This document shows, piece after piece, positions 17,584 through 25,666 of a DNA stretch of 32,000 nt. A program made the translations under genes and the position numbers. Every line of letters begins with the position of its first letter. Position 1 is the first letter of the stretch. The stretch spans positions 2,159-34,158 of the forward strand of contig CAZQQS010000005.1 of the NCBI GenBank assembly GCA_964595665.1, written 5' to 3'. Origin of the DNA: an uncultured archaeon. Lineage in GTDB: Archaea > Iainarchaeota > Iainarchaeia > Iainarchaeales > 0-14-0-20-30-16. A model generated the notes under the pieces. It searched no databases, was not told the DNA's origin, and saw only the letters and a program-made list of their open reading frames with translations.

Positions 17584-18876
17584 TTATTTAATATCAAACA
17601 AATTTCTTTGAATTTTTGCTTTTTTTTGTGATATTTGGTTAAAAATATCATTATCTACGGCTAATTTATCCTCTTTTGAAAAACTAATTATTGGTTTTCC
17701 ATATTTCCCTCCACCACCTGGAAAATAACTTACTAAGCCATTTCTAAAAGCTAAAATATATTTTGTTATATCTGGATTAATATTGTTTAAATCGGATTCT
17801 TTAAAATCAAATAAAATATTTGTTTCAGTTTCCCCAATTTTTATAAAATCCCACCAAATATTTTGAACATTCTTAGATAATAAGTTTTTATTATTTATTG
17901 CCAAGCTTATAATTTCTGACAAAGGCAAAATATATTTGTAATTAGCCCGATTATAATTCAAAATTTTATTTTGAGAAATTTCTTCAATTCTTTCACAAAC
18001 TCCTTTTTTAATTTGGCCTTTACAAATACATCTCCACTTTAGTTTTATTGCTTCTTGCAAAGTATAAAAAGTTAAACAATTTTTACATCTTGTTTTATGA
18101 TATATTCCTTCTTTTGGATCTAAACCTATATTAAATAATAATTCTCGCCCATCTTTTTTTTGCAAAGCTTTTTGTATTTCATAATAATTTGGTTTTTGTA
18201 AATTAAAAATATTAAATTCTCTTCCTAACCTGTGAGGCCAAAAACTATGTGCATCACTATTTGATAAAAAATTAATATCTTTTAATTCTTCAATATTATT
18301 TGCCAAATAAGAATCTGCACTTAATCCCAATTCTAAAAAAGAAATATTTTCAGAATATTTACCATAAGCTTCTTGCAAAGAATTATAATGTGCATAAATT
18401 CCAAAATAGGGTGTATACGCGTGCGCCGGACCAAACATTAAATTTAATTCTACACACAATTTTGCAATTTGTTCTGCGCTTGCATCATACCACGGCCTAC
18501 CATTCATAGAACCATCAAATTTTTTACAAAATATTTTGCTTTTTTCTTTAAAATCAATAATCGATTTCTTATCAGGAAATAAAATTAAATGGTGTGTCCT
18601 ATCTTTTGCTTGTATTTCAGTAGATAAAATAAAATTATTTCTTTTTTCCCCAAAAATAGTTTTTACATCATAAAAAAATGTTTCGTCTTCAAATTGCAAT
18701 TTATTAAATACAGATTCTTGCCAAGTTTTGTGTGTTAAATCCCCAATAGGACAAATGTTCAAACCTTTATAAAATCCCATTTCAGCTATTTTATCCACAC
18801 TTAAATTTTTACTTGTGCCTCCAGCATAAGGTCCATGAATATGTAAATCAGCATTATATTTTTGCATTTGAATCAC
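17584..18876 (-). CDS. PHP-domain endonuclease Q-like protein (deaminated-base/AP-site endonuclease family)
   Basis: 430-aa ORF. It has a run of motifs I recall from archaeal EndoQ: DLHIHG, GPAHAYTP, LELGLSADS, LSNSDAHS, HRLGREFN, GLDP..G.YH, a Cys cluster (CKNC...CIC), IKKGV and PGGGGKYG. The C-terminus is QRNLFDIK. The assignment is from memory of family motifs, not a search. Confidence 0.75.
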   Translation of the reverse strand: MIQMQKYNADLHIHGPYAGGTSKNLSVDKIAEMGFYKGLNICPIGDLTHKTWQESVFNKLQFEDETFFYDVKTIFGEKRNNFILSTEIQAKDRTHHLILFPDKKSIIDFKEKSKIFCKKFDGSMNGRPWYDASAEQIAKLCVELNLMFGPAHAYTPYFGIYAHYNSLQEAYGKYSENISFLELGLSADSYLANNIEELKDINFLSNSDAHSFWPHRLGREFNIFNLQKPNYYEIQKALQKKDGRELLFNIGLDPKEGIYHKTRCKNCLTFYTLQEAIKLKWRCICKGQIKKGVCERIEEISQNKILNYNRANYKYILPLSEIISLAINNKNLLSKNVQNIWWDFIKIGETETNILFDFKESDLNNINPDITKYILAFRNGLVSYFPGGGGKYGKPIISFSKEDKLAVDNDIFNQISQKKAKIQRNLFDIK

Positions 18877-19399
18877 TATAAATTAACCACAAATAATAAA
18901 ATAAAATAAAAAATATGAAAAATCCAATTTTAAAAAATATGGTGTGTAAAACATCTACCAAATTTAAATTTACAAAACCCAATAAAAAAATCATAGCTAA
19001 CATTCTAATTAAATTAAAATAAATAAATAAAATTAGCAATACAAGAAATCCAATAAGTTTATTTTTAAAATTTACTTTTAAATTAGCAAATATTAGTGCT
19101 GTGAAAACACATAATTCAAATAAACCAGTACAAACATCAATAATATTTATTTCATTCCCAAAAACAAAAATTCCATAATTAATTCCATTAAAAAATAATT
19201 CATTAATTATAGTTAAATTGTTTAAAATGTTGTGAGCAATATAGGAATAAAAATAAGATAAATTTAAAAAACTAGTAATATAATTTAAAAATAATAAGAT
19301 TATAACAAATAGTGCTAAAAATAATATTGCGTGATAAAAAAAATTCGAATAAATTTTGGAATATAATTTTTTTATTCTTTTAGAAAAATCTTTATTCAT
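18854..19399 (-). CDS. Minimal exosortase/archaeosortase-family membrane protein
   Basis: 181-aa polytopic ORF with IIDVC(90)TGLFE (C-[ST]-G context), FNLIR(132)ML (N-x-x-R context, 42 residues after the Cys) and VLH(152)T. It overlaps the patatin gene as ATGA and overlaps the EndoQ-like start. Confidence 0.55.
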   Translation of the reverse strand: MNKDFSKRIKKLYSKIYSNFFYHAILFLALFVIILLFLNYITSFLNLSYFYSYIAHNILNNLTIINELFFNGINYGIFVFGNEINIIDVCTGLFELCVFTALIFANLKVNFKNKLIGFLVLLILFIYFNLIRMLAMIFLLGFVNLNLVDVLHTIFFKIGFFIFFILFYYLWLIYSDSNAKI

Positions 19400-20193
19400 A
19401 ACATACCCAATTCTTTTTTGATTTTATTTAATTGTTTTTTCGCACCCTTCTTACCAGCTAAAATATAACTTTTGGCAGTGTCCAAACTAAATTCATCTTT
19501 GAATAAAGTATATTGTGGAGAAATTATAATTGCATTTTCATTTTTTAATGTTAAACGAGTAATTTCACATTGAATTAAATATAATGTTCTATAAATCATT
19601 TGAATTGTAGTTGGCTCTTTTTTATAAGTTTTTATATTGTAGGGATACAAATCAACACCAACTAAAACATCACATTTATTCTTTCTTAAAATTTCTATAG
19701 GCACGGGTTGAAATAAGCCCCCATCTACAAGCCATTTACCCCAATAAAAAGTAGGTGAAAATACTATGGGTATGGACATACTTGCCAAAATCGCTTCTTT
19801 AATCAAACCTTTATTTAATATAACTACCTTACCAGTTTCCACATCTACAGCAGTAATTGCCAAAGGAATTTTACAATCTGAAAATTTTTTATTTCCAAAA
19901 ACACTTTCAAAAAAATATTTTATTTTTTTTAAAATTATTGTTTTTTGCATTACTGTTTCAATACCAAAAACCTTTAAATTATTTTCTTTAATAAAAGATA
20001 CTGCATCTTCATTTAATTTTCCCAAATCTTTGTATAGCGCATAATGTGCGGCAACTATTGCTCCTATGCTAGACCCAGATATAAAATTTATTGGAATTTT
20101 GTTTTTTTCAAATGTTTCCAAAACTCCTATATGAGATAAACCTAATGATCCACCTGCACCTAAAGCTAAACCAACTTTTTTCATAAAAATCAC
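19396..20193 (-). CDS. Patatin-like phospholipase
   Basis: Motifs seen: GLALGAGGSLG (oxyanion Gly-rich loop), GSSIG (GxSxG nucleophile elbow) and LVDGGL (catalytic Asp, DGG). Confidence 0.85.
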   Translation of the reverse strand: MIFMKKVGLALGAGGSLGLSHIGVLETFEKNKIPINFISGSSIGAIVAAHYALYKDLGKLNEDAVSFIKENNLKVFGIETVMQKTIILKKIKYFFESVFGNKKFSDCKIPLAITAVDVETGKVVILNKGLIKEAILASMSIPIVFSPTFYWGKWLVDGGLFQPVPIEILRKNKCDVLVGVDLYPYNIKTYKKEPTTIQMIYRTLYLIQCEITRLTLKNENAIIISPQYTLFKDEFSLDTAKSYILAGKKGAKKQLNKIKKELGML

Positions 20194-20615
20194 TTCAAAA
20201 TTCCAAAATAATAATTATCAAATTGATGTTTTTCTGCAATATTTAATTTCTCCAAAGTATTTAAATGCTCTGTTAAGAAAAATATTTTACTATTATTCCA
20301 AGAAAATATCAAAATCCAAAATTTCCCTTTTGATTCATTTCGTGTTTGTTCCACCCACTCAAAAATTCTTCCTTTGGGATTAATTAATTCAAATAAATTA
20401 ATAGGTGCTTTTGATTTTTTACATTCAATAACCAAATCCAAATATTTTGGGTTTTCTGAAAAAACATCTCCAAAAAATCTTTTGTCTTCACTTTTATTTA
20501 TTGTAGAAAAAGCCCCACTCATTGGAACTCTTTTCCACTCATCTTTTGTTAAATCTTTTAGAAGATTTACTACTTGCCTTTCAAAACTTTTTCCTTTTTG
20601 AATGCTATTAACCAT
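20190..20615 (-). CDS. PD-(D/E)XK nuclease, Hjc-like (putative Holliday junction resolvase)
   Basis: 141-aa ORF with the KGKSFE(12)RQVVNLL ... RVPMSG ... GD(50)V ... LVIE(64)CK(66) pattern, which parallels archaeal Hjc (G..ER....L, R..gS, D, E-x-K). Its start shares 1 nt with the mutL stop (TAATG). Confidence 0.55.
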   Translation of the reverse strand: MVNSIQKGKSFERQVVNLLKDLTKDEWKRVPMSGAFSTINKSEDKRFFGDVFSENPKYLDLVIECKKSKAPINLFELINPKGRIFEWVEQTRNESKGKFWILIFSWNNSKIFFLTEHLNTLEKLNIAEKHQFDNYYFGILK

Positions 20616-22336
20616 TATAATCTCCCTATTTTTTTATAAATTTCTTTTTTAGTTAATTCTATAATTGTCGGCCTGCCATGTGGGCAAGTATATGGGCTTT
20701 TAGTTTTAAATAAATTTTCTATTATTCGAGACATTTCAAAAGTACTCAAAATGGTGTCTGCTTTAACTGATTTTTTACACGCCAAACTAATTAATATTTT
20801 TTCTTTTAAATCTTCCAAATTATTTTTTTTATTTAAATCCAAATCTTTAATCAAATCTAAAAATAATTCTTTTAATTCTAATTTATCTGGAATTCTTCCC
20901 AAAATTATTGGAATGCTTCTTAAAACCAACTCTTTTTTCAAAATAGTATAATCTAAACCAAATCTTAAAAGGTTTTCTTTTAAATCTTCTAATAACCCTA
21001 AATCTTCAAATGCAAAATCTAAAATCATTGGAGAAAGTAATGTTTGTTTCTCTAAGTAATTTTTATTTGAATATTGTTCTAAAAATAATTCATAATTATA
21101 TCTTTCTTCAGCAACATGTTGATCTATTAATAATAAATTCTCACTTTCATTTTCTACTAAAATAAAGGTTTTATTGTATTGGCCCAAGATTTTAAATTTT
21201 AACTTTTCTTCAATACTCGCAAAAAATAATTTTTTATTTTCAAATTGTTCTTTTTTTTCAGTTTCAATTACTTGAGAATCATTAAAATTGTAATTGGATT
21301 TAGATTCACTAATTAATGAAATTATTTTGGTTTTTTGTGGCTCCAAATTATTTTTTAACCCTTCTTCTAATTTATTCTTTAAAGCAGTATATACTGGATA
21401 AAAGAAAGTATTACTATCTTTTACCCTGATTTCTAATTTTTGGGGGTGCACATTAACATCAATTATTTTTGGATTTAATTCTAAAAAAACAAAAACATTT
21501 GGTTTTTTTCCTTTGGGAATTTTAAATTCAAAAGCTTTGCTAATTGCATAATTAATAGTTTTGTTTATTATCGCTCTATTATTAACATAAAAAATTTGCT
21601 TTTCAGTATAAGAATCTTTTACTTCGCTATAATTTGTAAAATAAATTTTAGAATTAACAATTGGATCTCTATATTCTGCTTCAAACACATCTAAATTAAA
21701 AACATCTTTAATTCTTTTTTTTACATCTTCACAAGATTTATAATCAAATATTAATTTGTCTTCAGAATAAAATTTAAATTTAACTTTGTAATTTGCAATT
21801 GCAATTGTTTTTATTAAGTCAACTATTTTTTTTAATTCATAACTATCTGTTTTTAAGAATTTTTGCCTCGCAGGAATATTATAAAATAAATTATAAACAT
21901 TTATTGTTGTACCCAAATATTTTGTTTGGGGGGTTAAATTTACATTTTTGTTATTCTCTAAAGCTAATTTATAAGATACTTCCGAATCTTTAGTTCCCGA
22001 AATAATCTCAATTTTAGAAACTTCTGCAATTGTTGCTAAAGCTTCACCTCTAAAACCATAACTAAAAATAGAATAAATATCTTCAATTTTTCTTATTTTT
22101 GAAGTAGCATGTCTTTTAATACATAAAGATAAATCTTCTTTATCCATTCCAGAACCATCGTCTATAACAGAGATTTGTTTTTTACCCGCTTGTTTTACTT
22201 TAATTATAATTTCACTTGCACCGGAATCTAAAGAATTTTCAATTAATTCTTTTACTACGCTTGCCGGTCTCTCTATAACCTCACCAGCAGCAATTTTTGT
22301 AATTGTAGATTCGTCCAATAGTTGTATTTTAGGCAT
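20615..22336 (-). CDS. mutL: DNA mismatch repair protein MutL (endonuclease-proficient type)
   Basis: The N-terminal GHKL ATPase has IAAGEVIERPASVVKELIENSLDSGA. The C-terminal domain has DQHVAEERYNYE (DQHAxxExxxxE nuclease motif), QTLLSP (clamp-binding-type QxLLxP) and CPHGRP. I moved the start to ATG 22336 (MPKIQLLDE...); the track start is 22375. Confidence 0.95.
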   Translation of the reverse strand: MPKIQLLDESTITKIAAGEVIERPASVVKELIENSLDSGASEIIIKVKQAGKKQISVIDDGSGMDKEDLSLCIKRHATSKIRKIEDIYSIFSYGFRGEALATIAEVSKIEIISGTKDSEVSYKLALENNKNVNLTPQTKYLGTTINVYNLFYNIPARQKFLKTDSYELKKIVDLIKTIAIANYKVKFKFYSEDKLIFDYKSCEDVKKRIKDVFNLDVFEAEYRDPIVNSKIYFTNYSEVKDSYTEKQIFYVNNRAIINKTINYAISKAFEFKIPKGKKPNVFVFLELNPKIIDVNVHPQKLEIRVKDSNTFFYPVYTALKNKLEEGLKNNLEPQKTKIISLISESKSNYNFNDSQVIETEKKEQFENKKLFFASIEEKLKFKILGQYNKTFILVENESENLLLIDQHVAEERYNYELFLEQYSNKNYLEKQTLLSPMILDFAFEDLGLLEDLKENLLRFGLDYTILKKELVLRSIPIILGRIPDKLELKELFLDLIKDLDLNKKNNLEDLKEKILISLACKKSVKADTILSTFEMSRIIENLFKTKSPYTCPHGRPTIIELTKKEIYKKIGRL

Positions 22337-22381
22337 AAACAATAAAGAGCAAACATATTTAATAGGTTTTTGCAAGTTAAA

Positions 22382-22389
22382 TTTAAATA
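22382..22389 (+). promoter_or_regulatory. Archaeal TATA box (TTTAAATA) for a leaderless transcript
   Basis: It matches the consensus TTTAWATA. Its 5' end is 29 nt upstream of the ATG at 22411. Confidence 0.4.
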
Positions 22390-22410
22390 CTTATTCAACT
22401 TCTATATAAT

Positions 22411-22578
22411 ATGCCCGCAGCACCACGAAAACCTATACATCATCAATTAAACGCAATTCATGCCACATTTCAAAACGGAGCTTCGATTAATGCTGGTAGC
22501 CCTAATGATATAAGAAGTGTTGAAGCTCAAAAAAGATTAAAGAAAATGCAATTGCGAAAATTTGATAAACGTATTTAA
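22411..22578 (+). CDS. Candidate small protein (55 aa), unknown function
   Basis: Hand translation gives MPAAPRKPIHHQLNAIHATFQNGASINAGSPNDIRSVEAQKRLKKMQLRKFDKRI. It is visibly more GC-rich than the flanks. A consensus TATA box TTTAAATA lies at 22382-22389, 29 nt before the ATG, the same spacing as at two other operon starts. Its stop overlaps the convergent mutS stop. It is below the ORF-track cutoff. Confidence 0.4.
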   Translation: MPAAPRKPIHHQLNAIHATFQNGASINAGSPNDIRSVEAQKRLKKMQLRKFDKRI

Positions 22579-25001
22579 AACAAAGTTTTTTGCTTTGTTT
22601 CTTGAGTAATAAATTTTGTTTCTAGTTTTTTTTCTATTTCTTTTGCTTTCTCAATTACACTTTGTGGCAAACCAGCTAATTTAGCAACTTCAATTCCAAA
22701 ACTTTTATTTATGCTTCCTTTTTCGATTTTTCTTAAAAATATAATTTGGTTATCAATTTCTTTTGCTGAGAAGTTATAATTCTTTATACCTTTAAAATCA
22801 TTTTCTAATTGTGTTAATTCGTGATAATGTGTTGCAAAAAGAGTTTTTGCATTTAATTTATTATGAATATATTCTAAAACAGACCACGCAATACTTATTC
22901 CATCATAAGTAGAAGTGCCTCGCCCTATTTCATCTAATATAATAAATGAATTTTCTGTTGCGTTATTTAAAATATTTGCAGTCTCAATCATTTCAACCAT
23001 AAAAGTACTTAAACCTAAAGATAAATTATCACTTGCACCAATTCGAGTAAATATTTTGTCTACTGGTTTTATTTCCGCATATTCTGCAGGAATATATGAT
23101 CCAATTTGCGCCATTAAAATTATTAATGCATTTTGTCTTAAATACGAGCTTTTCCCAGACATATTTGCACCAGTTATAATTAAAGTATTTTCTTCTGAAT
23201 TTAAATGCAAATCATTAGGAATAAATCTTTCTTTAATTATTTGTTCTAATATAGGGTGTCTTCCGTTTTTTATAAATATTTTATTTTCTTCAATTATTTT
23301 TGGTTTAATATAATTATTTTTAAATGCACACAAAGCTAAAGAATTATAAAAATCAATTTCAGAAATAATCTTTGCTAAAGAATATACTTCTTCTAAAATT
23401 AATTTCGATTCTTCAACTAATTTTAAAAATAATTCTAATTCTAAAATTCTAGCTTTTTCTTCCGAGCCTAAAACTTTGTTTTCTAAATTCTTTAAATCTT
23501 CAGTAATTAGTCTTTCATTATTTGCCAAAGTTTGTTTTCTTACAAAATAATTTGGTAAATTATCAGCTTGAGATTTAGGAACTTCAAAAAAGAATCCAAA
23601 TAATTTATTATATCCTATTCGCAATGTTTTTATTCCTGTTTTTTCTCTCTCTGATGCTTCCAAATCCAACAAAATTTGTTTTGAATTTTGTTTTATATTT
23701 AATAGCTCATCCAAATCTTCTGAAAAGCCATTTTTGATAAAATTACCTTCTTTATAATTACCAGAATATTCTTCATTAATAGATAAATCTATTAATTCTG
23801 AGAAATTCTTTAACTCATTAGAAACATCATAAGATAAATTTTCTAAATTCTCTTTTAAAAAATCATTTAATGGAATTAATTGAAATATTGTTTGTTTTAA
23901 AGCAATTAAATCTCTTGGATTTGCACTATTATAATTTATTTTTGATGCCAATCTTTCTAAATCACAAATGCCAGATAAAAAACTTTCTAAATTAAAATGT
24001 AAATTCTTTGTTAAAATATTTTCAACTACATTTAAACTATACTCAATATCCTCTTTTGATTTTAAAGGACTTAAAATATTCTTTTTTAATAATCTTGAAC
24101 CCATTGCAGTTTTAGTAAAATCTAAAACAGATAATAAAGTATTTTTAGTTTCAGAATCGTAATTTTTAATTAATTCTAAATTCTTTATTGTGTGAATATC
24201 TAAAGATAAATATTTTTCTTTTTCAAAAAATTTAATATTTTTAAAATGTTTTGATTTTGATTTTTGAGTATATTCTAAATATTGTAATAATGCCCCAATA
24301 CTAGAAACAATTTCAAATTTATTTTCTAAACCAAAAGAATTTAATGATAAAACATTAAAAATATCTTTTATTTTTTCCTTTCCAAAATCATAATTATAAT
24401 AAATAAATGGTTGTTCATTAAAAGTTGCATTTGAAATTCTTTTTAATGATTCCAACAAAGACTCATCAAAAGAATCTGGATAAATTATTTCTGCAGGATT
24501 TATTTTTGCCAAATCCGAATAAATATTTTCCAAATCCGTTTCCAAAACAAAAAATTCCCCTGTAGATATATCAACAAAACTTAATCCAATAATATTTGAT
24601 TTAAAGATAGATAACAAATAATTATTTGTTTTAGAATCTAAAAAATCATCTTCAAATATTGTTCCAGGAGTTACAGTTCTAACAACATCTCGTTTTACTA
24701 ATCTACCCTTAACTAATTTTGGGTCTTCAATTTGTTCAATAATGGTTACTGTTTTTCCAGCATTAATTAATTTCTTTAAATAAGGGTTTAATGCATGATA
24801 AGGTATTCCAGCCAAAGGCACTTTAGATTTAGCACCTCTTTTCGTCAAAGTTATGTTTAATGTCTCAGCAACAACTTTTGCATCTTCAAAAAAACACTCG
24901 TAAAAATCACCCATTCTAAATAATAGGATTGATTTTGGATAATTTTTCTTGATGTCTAGAAATTGTTTTAAAGCTGGAGTCAAATCTTGATATTCTACCA
25001 T
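22575..25001 (-). CDS. mutS: DNA mismatch repair protein MutS (MutS1 type)
   Basis: 808-aa ORF with TPALKQFLDIKKNYP and RMGDFYECFFEDA (Phe-x-Glu mismatch-recognition motif). Walker A is GANMSGKSSYLRQ; DEIGRGTST and THYHEL are also present. The C-terminus is QKTLF. Confidence 0.95.
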   Translation of the reverse strand: MVEYQDLTPALKQFLDIKKNYPKSILLFRMGDFYECFFEDAKVVAETLNITLTKRGAKSKVPLAGIPYHALNPYLKKLINAGKTVTIIEQIEDPKLVKGRLVKRDVVRTVTPGTIFEDDFLDSKTNNYLLSIFKSNIIGLSFVDISTGEFFVLETDLENIYSDLAKINPAEIIYPDSFDESLLESLKRISNATFNEQPFIYYNYDFGKEKIKDIFNVLSLNSFGLENKFEIVSSIGALLQYLEYTQKSKSKHFKNIKFFEKEKYLSLDIHTIKNLELIKNYDSETKNTLLSVLDFTKTAMGSRLLKKNILSPLKSKEDIEYSLNVVENILTKNLHFNLESFLSGICDLERLASKINYNSANPRDLIALKQTIFQLIPLNDFLKENLENLSYDVSNELKNFSELIDLSINEEYSGNYKEGNFIKNGFSEDLDELLNIKQNSKQILLDLEASEREKTGIKTLRIGYNKLFGFFFEVPKSQADNLPNYFVRKQTLANNERLITEDLKNLENKVLGSEEKARILELELFLKLVEESKLILEEVYSLAKIISEIDFYNSLALCAFKNNYIKPKIIEENKIFIKNGRHPILEQIIKERFIPNDLHLNSEENTLIITGANMSGKSSYLRQNALIILMAQIGSYIPAEYAEIKPVDKIFTRIGASDNLSLGLSTFMVEMIETANILNNATENSFIILDEIGRGTSTYDGISIAWSVLEYIHNKLNAKTLFATHYHELTQLENDFKGIKNYNFSAKEIDNQIIFLRKIEKGSINKSFGIEVAKLAGLPQSVIEKAKEIEKKLETKFITQETKQKTLF

Positions 25002-25105
25002 ATATATAATACTTTCAGAAGAATGTATAAAAATAGTTTGGTTTTTAAATATATTTATACAAAATTATATAATTTAAACTTATTTTATATATTAAGAGGG
25101 ATATT

Positions 25106-25666
25106 ATGTCATTTACAAAACAATTTAAGGAAACTATGAGAAAGATATTTAAAAAGGGTAAAGATGAAAATTACGACTATAAAAGTAAATATCAACAAAG
25201 ATTAATAGAATTTAGAAAAATGAAAAACACAATTAATAAGTTAGAAACGCCTACAAACATTGTTAGAGCTAAAGAATTGGGTTATAAGGCTAAACCAGGG
25301 GTATTTGTAGTTTTAGTTAAAACTAGAAGAGGTTCTGGATTATTTAGACAACCTAATGCTGGAAGAAGACCTAAAAGAATGGGTTTCAAGAAATTAACTA
25401 GAAATATAAGTATTCAAAGAATGGCTGAAGAAAAAGCTTCTAAAAAATACATAAATTGTGAAGTAGTTAATAGCTATTTAATTGGTGAAGACGGACACAA
25501 TAAATATTTTGAAGTAATTTTAGCTTCTAAAAACCAACCTGAAGTTCAAAAAGATAAAGAATTAAAGAAAGTAATCAAAAAAACAGGTAGAGCTGAAAGA
25601 GGATTAACTTCTGCAGGTATAAAAAACAGAGGCTTAAGAAAAGTTCCAGAAAGGAACAAAAAATAA
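25106..25666 (+). CDS. rpl15e: 50S ribosomal protein L15e
   Basis: 186-aa very basic ORF. YQQRLIEFRK, PTNIVRAKELGYKAKPGVFVV and RRGSGLFRQPNAGRRPKRMG are characteristic of eL15. Confidence 0.95.
   Translation: MSFTKQFKETMRKIFKKGKDENYDYKSKYQQRLIEFRKMKNTINKLETPTNIVRAKELGYKAKPGVFVVLVKTRRGSGLFRQPNAGRRPKRMGFKKLTRNISIQRMAEEKASKKYINCEVVNSYLIGEDGHNKYFEVILASKNQPEVQKDKELKKVIKKTGRAERGLTSAGIKNRGLRKVPERNKK

Noticed and set aside
17584-18876. The PHP-domain ORF considered as a histidinol phosphatase or DNA polymerase X/PolC-type PHP exonuclease.
   Set aside because: Its size (430 aa), the Cys cluster in the middle and the string of motifs (GPAHAYTP, LSNSDAHS, HRLGREFN, PGGGGKYG) plus a C-terminal PIP-like tail fit the EndoQ family better. 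It still needs an HMM check.
20190-20230. The C-terminus of the Hjc-like protein (HQFDNYYFGILK) considered as a PIP box.
   Set aside because: In Q-F-D-N-Y-Y-F, the fourth position is Asn rather than the aliphatic residue required by Qxx[LIVM]xx[FY][FY], so it does not match the motif.
22411-22578. A locally GC-richer segment considered as a tRNA or other structured ncRNA.
   Set aside because: I could find no cloverleaf arms or T-loop (GTTCxAxxC) pattern. It has an uninterrupted 55-codon frame starting 29 nt after a consensus TATA box, so a small CDS is the better, though still uncertain, reading.
22915-23313. A 132-aa + strand ORF antisense to mutS. Similar shadow ORFs lie at 2151-2396, 12455-12706, 13059-13352, 13902-14183, 15859-16041, 18300-18509, 19766-20044, 20374-20601, 20751-20951, 21793-21993, 23968-24162, 26161-26400, 26442-26624, 26979-27170, 28441-28623 and 29576-29776.
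   Set aside because: All are nested antisense within ORFs that carry strong family motifs. Their translations are low-complexity and lack start-site signals, so I treat them as shadow ORFs.
22575-25001. MutS considered as MutS2 or an archaeal MutS-like paralog rather than a mismatch-repair MutS1.
   Set aside because: It has the N-terminal mismatch-binding domain with GDFYE, lacks any C-terminal Smr-like extension, and is paired with a full MutL.
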